A stretch of 64,000 nucleotides of DNA from an uncultured delta proteobacterium. GTDB taxonomy: Bacteria; Myxococcota_A; Polyangia; Fen-1088. Under the pieces are notes generated by a model. It was not told the DNA's origin, searched no databases, and was given only the letters and a program-made list of their open reading frames with translations. The DNA lies in NCBI GenBank assembly GCA_963755125.1, contig CAVWIP010000002.1:64001-128000 (forward strand), in the 5' to 3' direction. Position numbers and translations under genes: made by a program. Within the stretch, counting starts at the first letter, position 1. Every line of letters starts with the position of its first letter. Positions 1 through 9,508 of the stretch are shown one piece after another.

Positions 1-1
1 A

Positions 2-2551
2 CCACCGACTTCGCAGTCACCGTCCAGTGACAAGGACTTCGACCGCATTCTGACCATCGGGCACTCACTCGCGGCCGTCAGCCTGTCTCTCACCGGAATT
101 CTCCTGGCTGTGCGGGCGGCGTCGCCCAAGCGGGCCGATATCGAGAAGCGCGTGGAAGCGATTCTCAAGCAGATGACCCTGGAGGAGAAGATCGACATTA
201 TCGGCGGGGTCAACGGCTTCTATGTGCGGGGCAACCCGCGGCTCAGTTTGCCCGAGCTCAAGATGGCCGACGGTCCGTTCGGGATTCGCAAGAGCGGCCC
301 GTCGACCACCTACGCGGCCGGGATCGCGCTGGCCGCGTCGTGGGACGTGGCTCTGGCCCTTCGCGTGGGCGCGATGCTCGGGCGCGATGCCCGGGCGCGC
401 GGGGTGCACTTTCTCCTCGCGCCTGCCGTGAACATCTACCGGGCGCCAATGTGCGGCCGCAACTTCGAGTACTTTGGTGAAGATCCGTGGCTCGCGTCGC
501 GCATGGCGGTCGCCTACATCAAGGGCGTCCAGTCCCAGGGCGTGAGCGCGACCATCAAGCACTTTCTGGGCAACAACTCGGAGATCGATCGCCACCACGC
601 CAGCTCTGAGATGGACGAGCGAACCATGCGCGAGATCTACCTGCCGACCTTCGAGGCGGCTGTGCGCGAAGCGCGGGTGGGCGCCATCATGGATTCGTAC
701 AATCTGGTGAACGGCGTGCACATGACGGAGAACCGTCGCCTCAACAACCAGGTGGTCAAGCAGGAATGGGGCTTCGATGGCATCATCATGTCCGACTGGG
801 ATGCCACCTATGACGGCGTGGCTGCTGCCAATGCGGGTCTGGATCTGGAGATGCCCTCGGGCAAGTTCATGAATCGGGCGACCCTGATCCCGGCCATCAA
901 GCAGGGCAAGATCTCGGTCGCCACCATTGGCGACAAGGTCCGTCGCATCTTGCGCACCGCGATCCGCTTCGGCTGGCTGGATCGCGCGCAGACCGATCGA
1001 GCTTGGCCGCTGTTTTCCGCCGAGGGGCGCGCGCTCGCGCTCGAAAGCGCGCGTGCGAGCATGGTCCTGCTGAAGAACCAGGGCAATTGGCTACCGCTCG
1101 ACCGGACGAAGATCGAGTCTGTGGCGGTGATCGGGCCGAACGCGCATCCGGCGGTGCCGGTGGGCGGCGGCAGCGCGCAGGCGAGCCCGTTCGTGGCCGT
1201 GAGCTATCTGCAGGGCCTGGTCGACACTCTCGCGGGCAGTGCGACTGTGACCTGGAGTCGAGGGCTTGTGCCGTTGCACGAGATCTTCGAGACCACCGTG
1301 TTCGCCACCGCAGCGACGGGCGGGCAACCAGGCCTGAAGGCCGAGTACTTCGACAACCCCGATCTGGCTGGCAGCGCCAGCCTGACCCGCGTCGACGAGC
1401 ATGTCAGCTTCTCCTGGGATCGCCCCAACGGCTGGCCCACGGGGCAGGGCAGGGCGGGCTCGGCGTGCTGGACCGGGTATTTCATCCCGGCCAGCTCCGA
1501 CGCGTATCGCTTCGCCGTCAACAGCTACGGGCTCAACGAGTATCGCTTGTTCGTCGACGGCAAACCGGTGCTGGATCGCACGGCACAGCAGCAGCCGATC
1601 GGGATCGCCACGCTGAAGCTGCAGGCCGGCCATGCCTACGCGATTCGCCTCGAATACCTGCACCGCGACCACCATGCGTGGCTGGGCATGGGCGCGCGCA
1701 AGGTGTCCGAGCTTATCGAGCCCGCGGCGAAGACATTGGCCGCGGCCGCCGACGTCGCGGTGGTGCTGGCGGGCTTCGACCCCAGCAACGAGAGCGAAGG
1801 GTCCGATCGCACCTTCCAGCTTCCCGCCGGTCAGGACGAACTCATCGACACGGTTCGCGAATCCAACAAGAACACCATCGTCGTCGTCACCTCGGGCGGT
1901 GGCGTGGACATGATTCGATGGGTGGACGGCATCCGCGCCATCGTGCAGGCCTGGTATCCTGGACAGGAAGGCGGGACCGCGCTGGCGCAGCTCCTGTTCG
2001 GCGACTTCAGCCCGTCGGGGAAGCTGCCTGCGACCTTTGAGCGACGCTTCGAAGACAGCGCCGTGTATCGCAGCTACGCCCCGCAAGCTGACAAGAAGAT
2101 CCCGTACAGCGAGGGCGTCTTTCTCGGCTACCGCCACTTCGACCGGGTCAAGACCAAGCCGCTCTTTCCCTTCGGCCATGGTCTGTCGTACACGACCTTC
2201 AAGTACAGTGGCCTGACGGTCACGCCGGCTGTGATGCCTGACAACGGCGCGGCGAGCGTCGCGTTCGATCTGACCAACACCGGCAAGCGCGAAGGCGCCG
2301 AAGTCGCGCAGCTCTACCTCGGGGACGGCCACGCCCCGGTGCCCCGCCCGGTGAAGGAGCTGAAGGGATTCGCCAAGGTCAGTCTCAAACCAGGGGAGAG
2401 CAAGCGCGTGCAGATCGCGATCGATCGTCGCGCGCTGTCGTACTTCGACGAGACGGCCAAGCAATGGAAGGCCGAGCCGGGCGACTTCGAGGTCCTGGTC
2501 GGCTCGTCCGCGCAGCAGATCGAGCTGCGGGGCAAGCTGTCGCTGAAGTGA
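2..2551 (+). CDS. GH3 beta-glucosidase with PA14 insertion and C-terminal Fn3-like domain (start probably at or before the window edge)
   Basis: MTLEEK, GRNFEYFGEDP, IKHF, IMSDW nucleophile and GLDLEMP motifs; GLKAEYF PA14 region; FPFGHGLSYTTF and EVAQLY...ELKGF. The frame is open from base 2 and includes a hydrophobic signal-like segment upstream of the GTG at 110. Confidence 0.93.
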   Translation, partial: PPTSQSPSSDKDFDRILTIGHSLAAVSLSLTGILLAVRAASPKRADIEKRVEAILKQMTLEEKIDIIGGVNGFYVRGNPRLSLPELKMADGPFGIRKSGPSTTYAAGIALAASWDVALALRVGAMLGRDARARGVHFLLAPAVNIYRAPMCGRNFEYFGEDPWLASRMAVAYIKGVQSQGVSATIKHFLGNNSEIDRHHASSEMDERTMREIYLPTFEAAVREARVGAIMDSYNLVNGVHMTENRRLNNQVVKQEWGFDGIIMSDWDATYDGVAAANAGLDLEMPSGKFMNRATLIPAIKQGKISVATIGDKVRRILRTAIRFGWLDRAQTDRAWPLFSAEGRALALESARASMVLLKNQGNWLPLDRTKIESVAVIGPNAHPAVPVGGGSAQASPFVAVSYLQGLVDTLAGSATVTWSRGLVPLHEIFETTVFATAATGGQPGLKAEYFDNPDLAGSASLTRVDEHVSFSWDRPNGWPTGQGRAGSACWTGYFIPASSDAYRFAVNSYGLNEYRLFVDGKPVLDRTAQQQPIGIATLKLQAGHAYAIRLEYLHRDHHAWLGMGARKVSELIEPAAKTLAAAADVAVVLAGFDPSNESEGSDRTFQLPAGQDELIDTVRESNKNTIVVVTSGGGVDMIRWVDGIRAIVQAWYPGQEGGTALAQLLFGDFSPSGKLPATFERRFEDSAVYRSYAPQADKKIPYSEGVFLGYRHFDRVKTKPLFPFGHGLSYTTFKYSGLTVTPAVMPDNGAASVAFDLTNTGKREGAEVAQLYLGDGHAPVPRPVKELKGFAKVSLKPGESKRVQIAIDRRALSYFDETAKQWKAEPGDFEVLVGSSAQQIELRGKLSLK

Positions 2552-2719
2552 CAGCCGCACGCGCTTGCCGGCCGGTCGGACTCTGCCGTCGGTACAAGCG
2601 CGGGCTTCCGGTGCGCCAGGCCGCAGCCGGGCCTGACGTCCCGATCGCCGCGTTCCTTTTGTGGGAGCCGACTGACTTTCTGCTATCATTCTTCCCCTTC
2701 CGCCGCTTGCGGCGGGAGA

Positions 2720-2792
2720 CGGGGCGTAGCGCAGTTGGTAGCGCGCCTGCTTTGGGTGCAGGATGTCGTCGGTTCAAATCCGGCCGCCCCGA
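2720..2792 (+). tRNA. tRNA-Pro (anticodon TGG), CCA not encoded
   Basis: Cloverleaf: acceptor CGGGGCG/CGCCCCG, D arm GCGC-AGTTGGTA-GCGC, anticodon stem CCTGC/GCAGG with loop TTTGGGT, T arm GTCGG-TTCAAAT-CCGGC. Confidence 0.97.
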
Positions 2793-2793
2793 C
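2751..2793 (+). repeat. att core, left copy (within tRNA-Pro)
   Basis: tttgggtgcaggatgtcgtcggttcaaatccggccgccccgac, identical to 14232-14274. Confidence 0.95.
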
Positions 2794-2865
2794 AGAGATA
2801 ACTTTACGATTTAATGAGGTTTTCCGAACGCGCTGGGGAGCCGGCGAACAGCCCTTCGGCGACTT

Positions 2866-2885
2866 GGGTAGCACAGGGGTAGCAA
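2866..2885 (+). promoter_or_regulatory. Putative integrase arm-type binding site
   Basis: gggtagcacaggggtagcaa matches gggtaccacaggggaaccaa (14095-14114) at 17/20; the two copies would flank the core in the reconstructed attP. Confidence 0.55.
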
Positions 2886-3586
2886 GAGGGAGGGCAGGGG
2901 AAGGTGTATCAACCCTGGCCGACCCGACGGAGCGCTTCTCTGAGGGTACATTTCCAGGTGCGGGTTTTGGACGGAAAGAGAGGTGGTCGATCTCTTGTTG
3001 CAGGTACTCGGGCGCCAGGTGGGCGTATACATCCATGGTCACCCGGATGTCACTGTGTCGCAGGATGCGCTGGACAACCGCCGGACTGACCCCCGACATG
3101 ATGAGCAGTGAAGCTGTGGTGTGCCGGAGGTCATGGAACCGGAAAGGTGCCACCTTGCCAACGGTCCACAGCTTCATGTTGCACGTCGGACACCGCCGGG
3201 CTTCCCCCTCCCGGCTCTCCTCGGCGTGACCGCAACGCCGACACTTGTGGACGTAGCCCTCCACAATTCCCGCCCGGCGTAGTGCCGTTCGGAGGATCGA
3301 AACCAGATCCACCGTCGCCAGATGGCGAGAGCCGTCGGGTCGGGGAAAGACGAGTTCGCTCGGCGAGGCTTCGATGGCAGCCCGAAGGTACGGAACCAGT
3401 TCGGCCGCGATGGGGATGCCATCCTCGTGGCCGCCCTTGGTCGTGTCTGGAGACGACGGCGAGGAAGCGCGGCGTTTCACCCGCGCTCGGCGCGGTTGCG
3501 GCGGGATGAGGACAGACCCCGGCGCAGCCACGGGTGGTGGCCGGCCGGGGTCGGCGTCGGCGTGGGGAATGAGTTGAGCTACAGGT

Positions 3587-4369
3587 TCACTCGACCTCCT
3601 GGTTTGAGCGCCCGGACTTGCCGACGATCTTGATGAGCAAGCCGCGGTGGACAAGGCGGTCGGCGATAGCGGACGCAGCGGCGGCATTGCTGAAGAGCTT
3701 GCCCCAGTCCTTGAAGGGCAGATTGGTAGTGACGATGGTTGCGGCCCTTTGATACCTACGGTTGAAGACCTGGTACAAGAGGTCGGCGCCGCGGGTGTCG
3801 AAGCTGAGATAGCCGAGCTCATCTACGAGGAGCAGCTCGTAGGAGGCCCAGGTGGCGAGGCGACGGTGCAGACGGTTGCGGGCCTGGGCCGCGACGAGGT
3901 CGTTGACGAGGTCGGCGGCGGTAACGAAGCGGACGCGGTGACCGCGCAGGCAAGCGAGCTGGCCGATGGCGTTGGCGAGATGGGTCTTGCCGACGCCGGA
4001 GGGCCCAATAAACACTGCGTTGGTCCGATCCTTGATGAATTCGAGCGTGGCCGCACGCTCGACGACGTCCTTGTCGATGGACTTGGGGAAGTTGAAATCG
4101 TAGGTGTCGAGGGTGGTGACCGGGAAGATGGCGGAGCGTTTGATGGCGAGCTGGGCGCGCCTCTCGGTCTGGACGCGAAACTCCTCGCGCATCAGGTGGT
4201 CGAGGAGCGCGGTGGGTGAGTCGTTGCGAGTGATGGCCTTGCCGGTGGCCGCGTCCAGGATGGCAGCGGCGTGATCGAGGCCGAGGGCATGCAGCACATC
4301 GGCAAGCGCCATGGTCTTGGCGCTGTCAGTCGCGGGAGTCGTCGTTGTCGTCGTTGTTGATGAGGGCAT
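3587..4369 (-). CDS. istB: IS21 helper AAA+ ATPase IstB
   Basis: Walker A GPSGVGKTHLA, Walker B LLLVDELGY, TTNLPF..W, AIADRLVH; overlaps the istA 3' end. Confidence 0.95.
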   Translation of the reverse strand: MPSSTTTTTTTPATDSAKTMALADVLHALGLDHAAAILDAATGKAITRNDSPTALLDHLMREEFRVQTERRAQLAIKRSAIFPVTTLDTYDFNFPKSIDKDVVERAATLEFIKDRTNAVFIGPSGVGKTHLANAIGQLACLRGHRVRFVTAADLVNDLVAAQARNRLHRRLATWASYELLLVDELGYLSFDTRGADLLYQVFNRRYQRAATIVTTNLPFKDWGKLFSNAAAASAIADRLVHRGLLIKIVGKSGRSNQEVE

Positions 4370-5822
4370 CGTAGGTCTCCATGTCGTGGGGTTGGACGTC
4401 GATGTCGTCGGCGGCGGCGTTGCCGGTGACGACGGGTTCGGGCGGCTCACCCAGGCCGCGTGCGAAGCGGGCCTGGTCACACAGGGCGCGTACGTAGCGG
4501 GCGCCGAAGCTACGCTGGCCGACGGCTTTGGCGATGGCGCCGGCGACCTCGGTCTGGCCGTACAGATCGATGAGGCGGAGGATCTTGGCGGTTTCGTTGC
4601 CGAGGTGGATGCGACGGCGCGCCACCTCGTTGAAATAGACGCGGGCCTCGGGGCAGCTGGTCAACAGGCGCTCGCGGCGCGTGGGGCCGCGTGCGGCCTT
4701 GCGCCGGTCGAGCAGCTTCTGGACGTGGGCCTGGTCCTCGACGTGGTGGCGTTTGTCCCAGCAGCGCGAGTGCGCGGCCACCTCGACGCCATCGCACATC
4801 ACGCGTACGCGGTGATCGTCGGCGCGCACCTGCACGGTCTTGCCCACCAGCTCGGGCGGGACCGAGTAGGTGTTGGTGTCGAAGCGGACGCGGGCCTCCT
4901 TGGAGACGATCAAGGGGATCACGATGTCGGTGTCGAAGGGATGGGCTGGCAGAGCACGCAGGCGGGGCCGCTCGACGAGCAGGCGCTGGGACGGGCGCTC
5001 GCGCGTGGTGGCGTGGATGCGCTCGTTGGCGAGCTGGTCGCGCCAGGTGGCAGCCTGTGCGCGCAGGTCGTGCAGGGAGGTGAATGACCGCCCGTAGAAG
5101 AAGGAGTGGCGGATGAACTTGATGCTGGCCTCGACGCGGCCCTTGAACTGCGGGTAGCGCACCGGGGCGGCGGTGGCCTCGAAGAGGTAGTGGCCGGCGA
5201 ACGCGAGGAACCGCGGATTGAACTGCACGGTGGCGCCCACGTGGGCAAGGACGACCGACTTGAGATTGTCGTAGACGATGCGCCTGGGGACGCCGGCGAA
5301 AAACTCGAGCGCACGGCGATGCATGCGCAGGAAGGTCTCCATCTGCTGGTCGAGGGAAAAGTCGATGAAGATGGCGCGCGAGTAAGACAGCACCATCGCA
5401 AACACGGAGAGCGGCCGCTGGGCCGAGCCCATGCGCATGTAGCCGAAACTGCCCCAGTCGACCTGGGCCTGTTCGGCGGGCTCGAATTCGACGCGCAGAA
5501 ACGCCTTGCGCGGCACGGGCGTGCGCACCTGCGCGACGTACTTGCGCAACTGGGTCATGCCGAGGGTGAAACCCCGGTCGCGCAGCTCCAGCATCAGCCG
5601 CGCGGACGTCAACTGTGGCCATTCGGTCAGGCGCTGGACGATGTACGGCTTGAACGGGTCGAGCTTGCTCGTACGCGGCGGCGGCGGTGTGACGGCGTCG
5701 TCGCGGATCGCCCGCCGAACCACGGAGTGGTGGACGCCGAAACGGCGGGCCACGGTTTCGATGCGCCAGTGCTCGGCCAGCACCAGCCTGCGCATGTGCG
5801 CGCGCATGTCCGCGGTGATCAC
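4326..5822 (-). CDS. istA: IS21-family DDE transposase IstA
   Basis: N-terminal HTH, SKLDPFKPYI, QAQVDWG, LSYSR, GVPRRIVYDNLKS, KGRVE, NTYSVP; GTG start overlaps the upstream TGA. Confidence 0.95.
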   Translation of the reverse strand: MITADMRAHMRRLVLAEHWRIETVARRFGVHHSVVRRAIRDDAVTPPPPRTSKLDPFKPYIVQRLTEWPQLTSARLMLELRDRGFTLGMTQLRKYVAQVRTPVPRKAFLRVEFEPAEQAQVDWGSFGYMRMGSAQRPLSVFAMVLSYSRAIFIDFSLDQQMETFLRMHRRALEFFAGVPRRIVYDNLKSVVLAHVGATVQFNPRFLAFAGHYLFEATAAPVRYPQFKGRVEASIKFIRHSFFYGRSFTSLHDLRAQAATWRDQLANERIHATTRERPSQRLLVERPRLRALPAHPFDTDIVIPLIVSKEARVRFDTNTYSVPPELVGKTVQVRADDHRVRVMCDGVEVAAHSRCWDKRHHVEDQAHVQKLLDRRKAARGPTRRERLLTSCPEARVYFNEVARRRIHLGNETAKILRLIDLYGQTEVAGAIAKAVGQRSFGARYVRALCDQARFARGLGEPPEPVVTGNAAADDIDVQPHDMETYDALINNDDNDDSRD

Positions 5823-6202
5823 GATGACGACCCCGTGGCAACAGAGGTGACCAGGCGACGTGCGCGGGCGAAGCCACCCAGCCCGTCCATGAAGCGGTCG
5901 CGCCGGAACACGGCGCGCGCCAGGTGGACCCAATCGACTCGGATGGCCTCGGCGTCGAGGTCACCAAGCAAAAGCGCCCAACGCTCCGGGTGGGCAGCGA
6001 CGTCCTGGGCGTCCGCATCGAGCACAGCGGTCAAGGGTCGGCCATACCAGGCCACCAACGCCTGAAGGAGCTGGGCCAGCGCCCGGCTGTGCTGCGGACA
6101 GACGGGCAGTCGCGCGCGCAGGCACAGGCCCGCGGCGCCCGCCGAGAGCTGCAAGCGTGTCTCGGTTTGCCTCGGCTCGATGGTCATCCAGAGTAAGGAC
6201 AT
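5819..6202 (-). CDS. Hypothetical protein translationally coupled to istA
   Basis: 127-aa ORF whose stop overlaps the istA start (GTGA); GGAGG-like RBS upstream. Confidence 0.6.
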   Translation of the reverse strand: MSLLWMTIEPRQTETRLQLSAGAAGLCLRARLPVCPQHSRALAQLLQALVAWYGRPLTAVLDADAQDVAAHPERWALLLGDLDAEAIRVDWVHLARAVFRRDRFMDGLGGFARARRLVTSVATGSSS

Positions 6203-6536
6203 GAACGCGTACCTCCAGGCGGGCCGTGGTCGCGGCGGGCGCCGTGCCCGCCGTCCCGGCCTGCACCATCGGGATTACAGGCGGCGCCTCCGGCGCCAAA
6301 TACTGATGCGTCACTTTCTGCACGGCCGCTCGGCGCGCGCGGTACTCCTGCTGACGGAAGGCGTGCTTGCGACGCCCGATCCGCGTCGCCTGGTACTTGT
6401 GCCCGTCGACCCGCTGCTTCTGGCGTCGGCCCTTGGCCGCACACTCGGGCGAGCAGTACTTGCACCGCTTGTCGCAGCTGCGGCACACCAGAAACGCCAG
6501 CCCACATAACTTACAAGTGCGATCCAGCAAGTCCAC
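5961..6536 (-). CDS. Cys-rich basic (zinc-finger-like) protein upstream of istA
   Basis: CKLC...CRSC...YCSPEC followed by basic RRKHAFRQQEYRAR...KVTHQ; its C-terminal part overlaps the next ORF. Confidence 0.6.
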   Translation of the reverse strand: MDLLDRTCKLCGLAFLVCRSCDKRCKYCSPECAAKGRRQKQRVDGHKYQATRIGRRKHAFRQQEYRARRAAVQKVTHQYLAPEAPPVIPMVQAGTAGTAPAATTARLEVRVHVLTLDDHRAEANRDTLAALGGRRGPVPARATARLSAAQPGAGPAPSGVGGLVWPTLDRCARCGRPGRRCPPGALGAFAW

Positions 6537-6899
6537 GCGGCGGTGCTCGCCGTGGTGGATCTCCCGCCCGGATCGTGCGATTGAGGGAACTGCGTGGCTC
6601 GACCCCCACGCGGTCGATCCACCTGAAGGCCCGGAGCGCCAACTCTGGGCCTTCGCTTATACGGCGCTCGGCCGTACCTCCTACGCCAACCTGGGCGTAC
6701 GCGCCACCGCGCTGGCCGTCGGCGGCGCGCCTCGGGCCGGCTGGCCTCTCACGGGGCGGCTCTCGGCAGGGTCAGCCTGACCCCGGCCGGTGCTCATCGG
6801 CGCCTTGCCGGTCTACCTGCTCACGATGGCTCAGCACCAGAGAGTCCGAATCGAATCCCGCGCATCCCCGCGCTCGCCACCGTCGCGAACCCGCGCTTC

Positions 6900-7394
6900 G
6901 TGGCCGTCGTCTCCACGGATGGCAAGCTGCTGGCATCGGGCAGCGGGGACAAGACCGTCAAGCTTTGGTCTCTGCCCGAGGGAGCCAGCATGAGTTGCCT
7001 TTTCGATCCCGAGGACAGCGACAAGGGGGCCAAGGCGGTCACCTATCGCACGACGGGGCTGGAGACCCTCACGCTGCCATGTGGCTCGCCCATCCCGCCT
7101 GGCATGATCTGCACCTGCAACTGCGTGGCCGGGTCCGTTACCTATCCGGGTACACATACCGTCTGCATTTGCGACACGATCACGGTTCCCGTTGGCCAGC
7201 CGCTTCCTGCCGGCGCGGTCTGCGTGTGCAACACCGTAACAGTCCGTGAGCCGACCCGTGGAGGAGAGTGTCAGATGACCGGTAGCCTCTGCACGTGCAA
7301 CCAGATCTGCACCTGCGACTCCGTGTGTCCTTGCCAGTCCATCTGCACCTGCCAGTCCGTGGGCGGGGGCGGCCACTACTGGTACCCCAACTGA
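6900..7394 (+). CDS. Cys-rich CxC-repeat protein with an N-terminal partial WD40 repeat (probably 5'-truncated); putative radical SAM substrate
   Basis: DGKLLASGSGDKTVKLW (WD40); 18 Cys with seven CxC[NDQ] motifs; ends GGGGHYWYPN; immediately upstream of an rSAM gene. Confidence 0.8.
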   Translation: MAVVSTDGKLLASGSGDKTVKLWSLPEGASMSCLFDPEDSDKGAKAVTYRTTGLETLTLPCGSPIPPGMICTCNCVAGSVTYPGTHTVCICDTITVPVGQPLPAGAVCVCNTVTVREPTRGGECQMTGSLCTCNQICTCDSVCPCQSICTCQSVGGGGHYWYPN

Positions 7395-7395
7395 T

Positions 7396-8826
7396 TTGCT
7401 TGCAATGAACGACGAACAACCACGGCGCGATCCCTACGACGACCAGGTCTATTCCCCAAGGCCTGCGGATGCGGCACGACGCAGTCCACTTTACTCTATC
7501 CCCTATCAAGATCACTTCATCCTCTATTCGCCACTGCGGCGGTTGGCGTTCGCAGGAAACCGGGCCATGGCGAACTTGGCGGCAGCCACATTGGCTGAGC
7601 CGGATGGCAAAGAGCCGGCCGCACAGTCAGAGGCCCGCACTTTTCTCGAATCCGTCGGGCTCTTACAGCCGCCGCTGGTGGATCCGGCCGTTCTCGACGG
7701 GGAGACGCCCTTCGCGCCGTCCATTGTCGTGTTGCTGCTGACGACCTCATGTAACTTCCGGTGCGCCTACTGCTATGCCTCGGCCGGTGGCGCACGCGGC
7801 GGGCTCATGCCGCTCGACGCGGGCCTTGCCGCCATCGATCTTGCCTGCCGCAACGCCCAGACACGCGGCGAAGCCAGCTACTCCCTTTCGTTTCACGGCG
7901 GCGGCGAGCCAACCCTGGCTTGGGACCATTTGCGCCAGCTCGTGGAGCACGCTCGCTCGCGATCCCTGCCAGCCAAGATCAGTCTGGCGTCGAATGGCTT
8001 CTGGACCCAGGAGCAGCGGGACTGGATTTTGGCAAGTATCGACGACATCAGCCTGTCGTGCGATGGCCTACCAGAAGTGCAGGACCGGCAGCGCCCGCTG
8101 GCTTCGGGCGCGCCAACATCGGAGGCTGTCTACGCGACCATCCGGGAACTGGATGGCCATGGCAAGAACTACGGCATTCGCCTGACCGTGACCGAGGCCG
8201 CGATCGACAACTTGGCGCCCGGCATCGAGCACCTCTGCCGCGAGACTGCGTGCCGAGGTTTTCAAGCCGAGCCCGCCTTCGGTCACGGCCGGGCTCGTGC
8301 CGAGCGACGGGCATTGCTCAGTGGCGAGCGCTTCGTGGCTGCGTTTTTGCAAGCCCACGATGTGGCCAGCCGGCACGGGCGCGAACTGGCGTACTCGGGC
8401 GCACGGCCTTTTGCTCTAACCGGCACCTTCTGCGCGGCGCCGCAGTCTGCGCTGATCGTAGGCGCCGACGGCCGGCTGACCGCGTGCTACGAGGTCTTCG
8501 ATTCCGGCGTGGATCTGGGCGAGCAGTTCTTTTTCGGCCGCATTGCCGGGGATGGGACTCTGTCCGTGGATCAGGCCCGGCGTCGGTCGTTTCTCAGCAA
8601 GATCCGCGAGCGCCGTGCCCTGTGCCGTGGATGCTTCTGCTACTACCACTGCGCCGGCGATTGCCCGGCCAAAACCCTCACTCCGGACGGCCAGGGCCAC
8701 ACGCGATTCGGTCCCCGCTGTGAGGTCAATCGCGCGATCACCAAGGGACTGCTGGCCCGCCTGATCTGCCAAGCCGACGGCGTCTGGAAGGGTCAGATGG
8801 CGTCCACGTTCCTACTTTGCAGATGA
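7396..8826 (+). CDS. Radical SAM/SPASM domain protein (peptide/protein maturase type); start may be ATG 7405
   Basis: CNFRCAYC, FHGGGEPTL, SCDG, SPASM cysteines FC...AC...CRGC...HCAGDC...C; ~100-aa N-terminal extension that could be an RRE. Confidence 0.92.
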   Translation: MLAMNDEQPRRDPYDDQVYSPRPADAARRSPLYSIPYQDHFILYSPLRRLAFAGNRAMANLAAATLAEPDGKEPAAQSEARTFLESVGLLQPPLVDPAVLDGETPFAPSIVVLLLTTSCNFRCAYCYASAGGARGGLMPLDAGLAAIDLACRNAQTRGEASYSLSFHGGGEPTLAWDHLRQLVEHARSRSLPAKISLASNGFWTQEQRDWILASIDDISLSCDGLPEVQDRQRPLASGAPTSEAVYATIRELDGHGKNYGIRLTVTEAAIDNLAPGIEHLCRETACRGFQAEPAFGHGRARAERRALLSGERFVAAFLQAHDVASRHGRELAYSGARPFALTGTFCAAPQSALIVGADGRLTACYEVFDSGVDLGEQFFFGRIAGDGTLSVDQARRRSFLSKIRERRALCRGCFCYYHCAGDCPAKTLTPDGQGHTRFGPRCEVNRAITKGLLARLICQADGVWKGQMASTFLLCR

Positions 8827-9508
8827 GAGTTGGCAAGTCTCAAGTGTCCGGTGCGGGTGTGTCTTCCATCGCCCCTCCGGGCCGACCTTGACTATTTCCG
8901 GTCGTCCAGACTGGCCCGTTCGAGCTGCTCCAGACGCGACTGGCACCACTCGTTGCACTCTCCGAAACAGTCCCTCCTGGCAAGTAGCTCTCGGTAGAGA
9001 TCCATCGCCTGTTTTCGACGTCCCAGAGTGAGTAGCGCCTCGGCGGCGGGAAAGAGATCGTCTTGCAGGAAGCCAGACTTGGCGCGCTCGGAACGCGGTC
9101 CCCGTCTCGCGCGAAGCAGACGAAGGAGCGCTACAGGCTCGGAATTCGCAAGCGCCACGAGTGCGCTGGTCCAGCCGTACCCATGCGCGAGGATCTCAGG
9201 GATGGCGTGCAGGGCGCGCTCGGTGAGGTTGGCGTTGATGAGCCCCGGATGGGCGGCGCGATTCAGGAACTCGACGGCCCGAAGTGCGGTGAGCGGCGGG
9301 AGATCGGACGCCTGCCGTAGATAGGGCACCAAGGGGAGCGCGAGTTCAGGACGACACCTGAGTTCGCGCAGATCGAGGACGACAGGGAGGATGCTCTCGT
9401 CGAGTTGAAAGGGGTAGAGCGCCTTCACGAGCGCGGGCACAAACTCTGGACTTGACCCGGTTTGGTGGACACCCTCGCTCAGGAAAATGGGCGTAGAAAG
9501 GTGACCAC

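Larger units (their letters stand above)
2686..3447 (-). pseudogene. Tyrosine recombinase/integrase, C-terminal fragment (N-terminal half missing at the IS21 junction)
   Basis: TKGG lysine loop, HDLRHT (H-x-x-R), LRHSDIRVTMDVYAH (H...Y nucleophile), CxxC...CxxC zinc ribbon; frame runs through the att core antisense to the tRNA. Confidence 0.9.
3448..6570 (-). mobile_element. IS21-family element (istA, istB, two upstream accessory ORFs); ends approximate
   Basis: istA/istB pair; integrase similarity stops abruptly at 3447, followed by TG. The right end is only weakly supported by an imperfect inverted match near 6536-6564. Confidence 0.75.

Noticed and set aside
1091..2689. Long antisense ORFs (e.g. 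1091..2689, 15387..16409, 41129..42565, 45703..47148, 51919..53577, 58073..59623)
   Set aside because: Shadow frames opposite well-supported genes, expected in high-GC DNA; no motifs.
3448..3822. N-terminal part of the 378-aa ORF 2686..3822 as integrase sequence
   Set aside because: It is an alternate frame of istB and the IS end; integrase motifs start only at DTTKGG.
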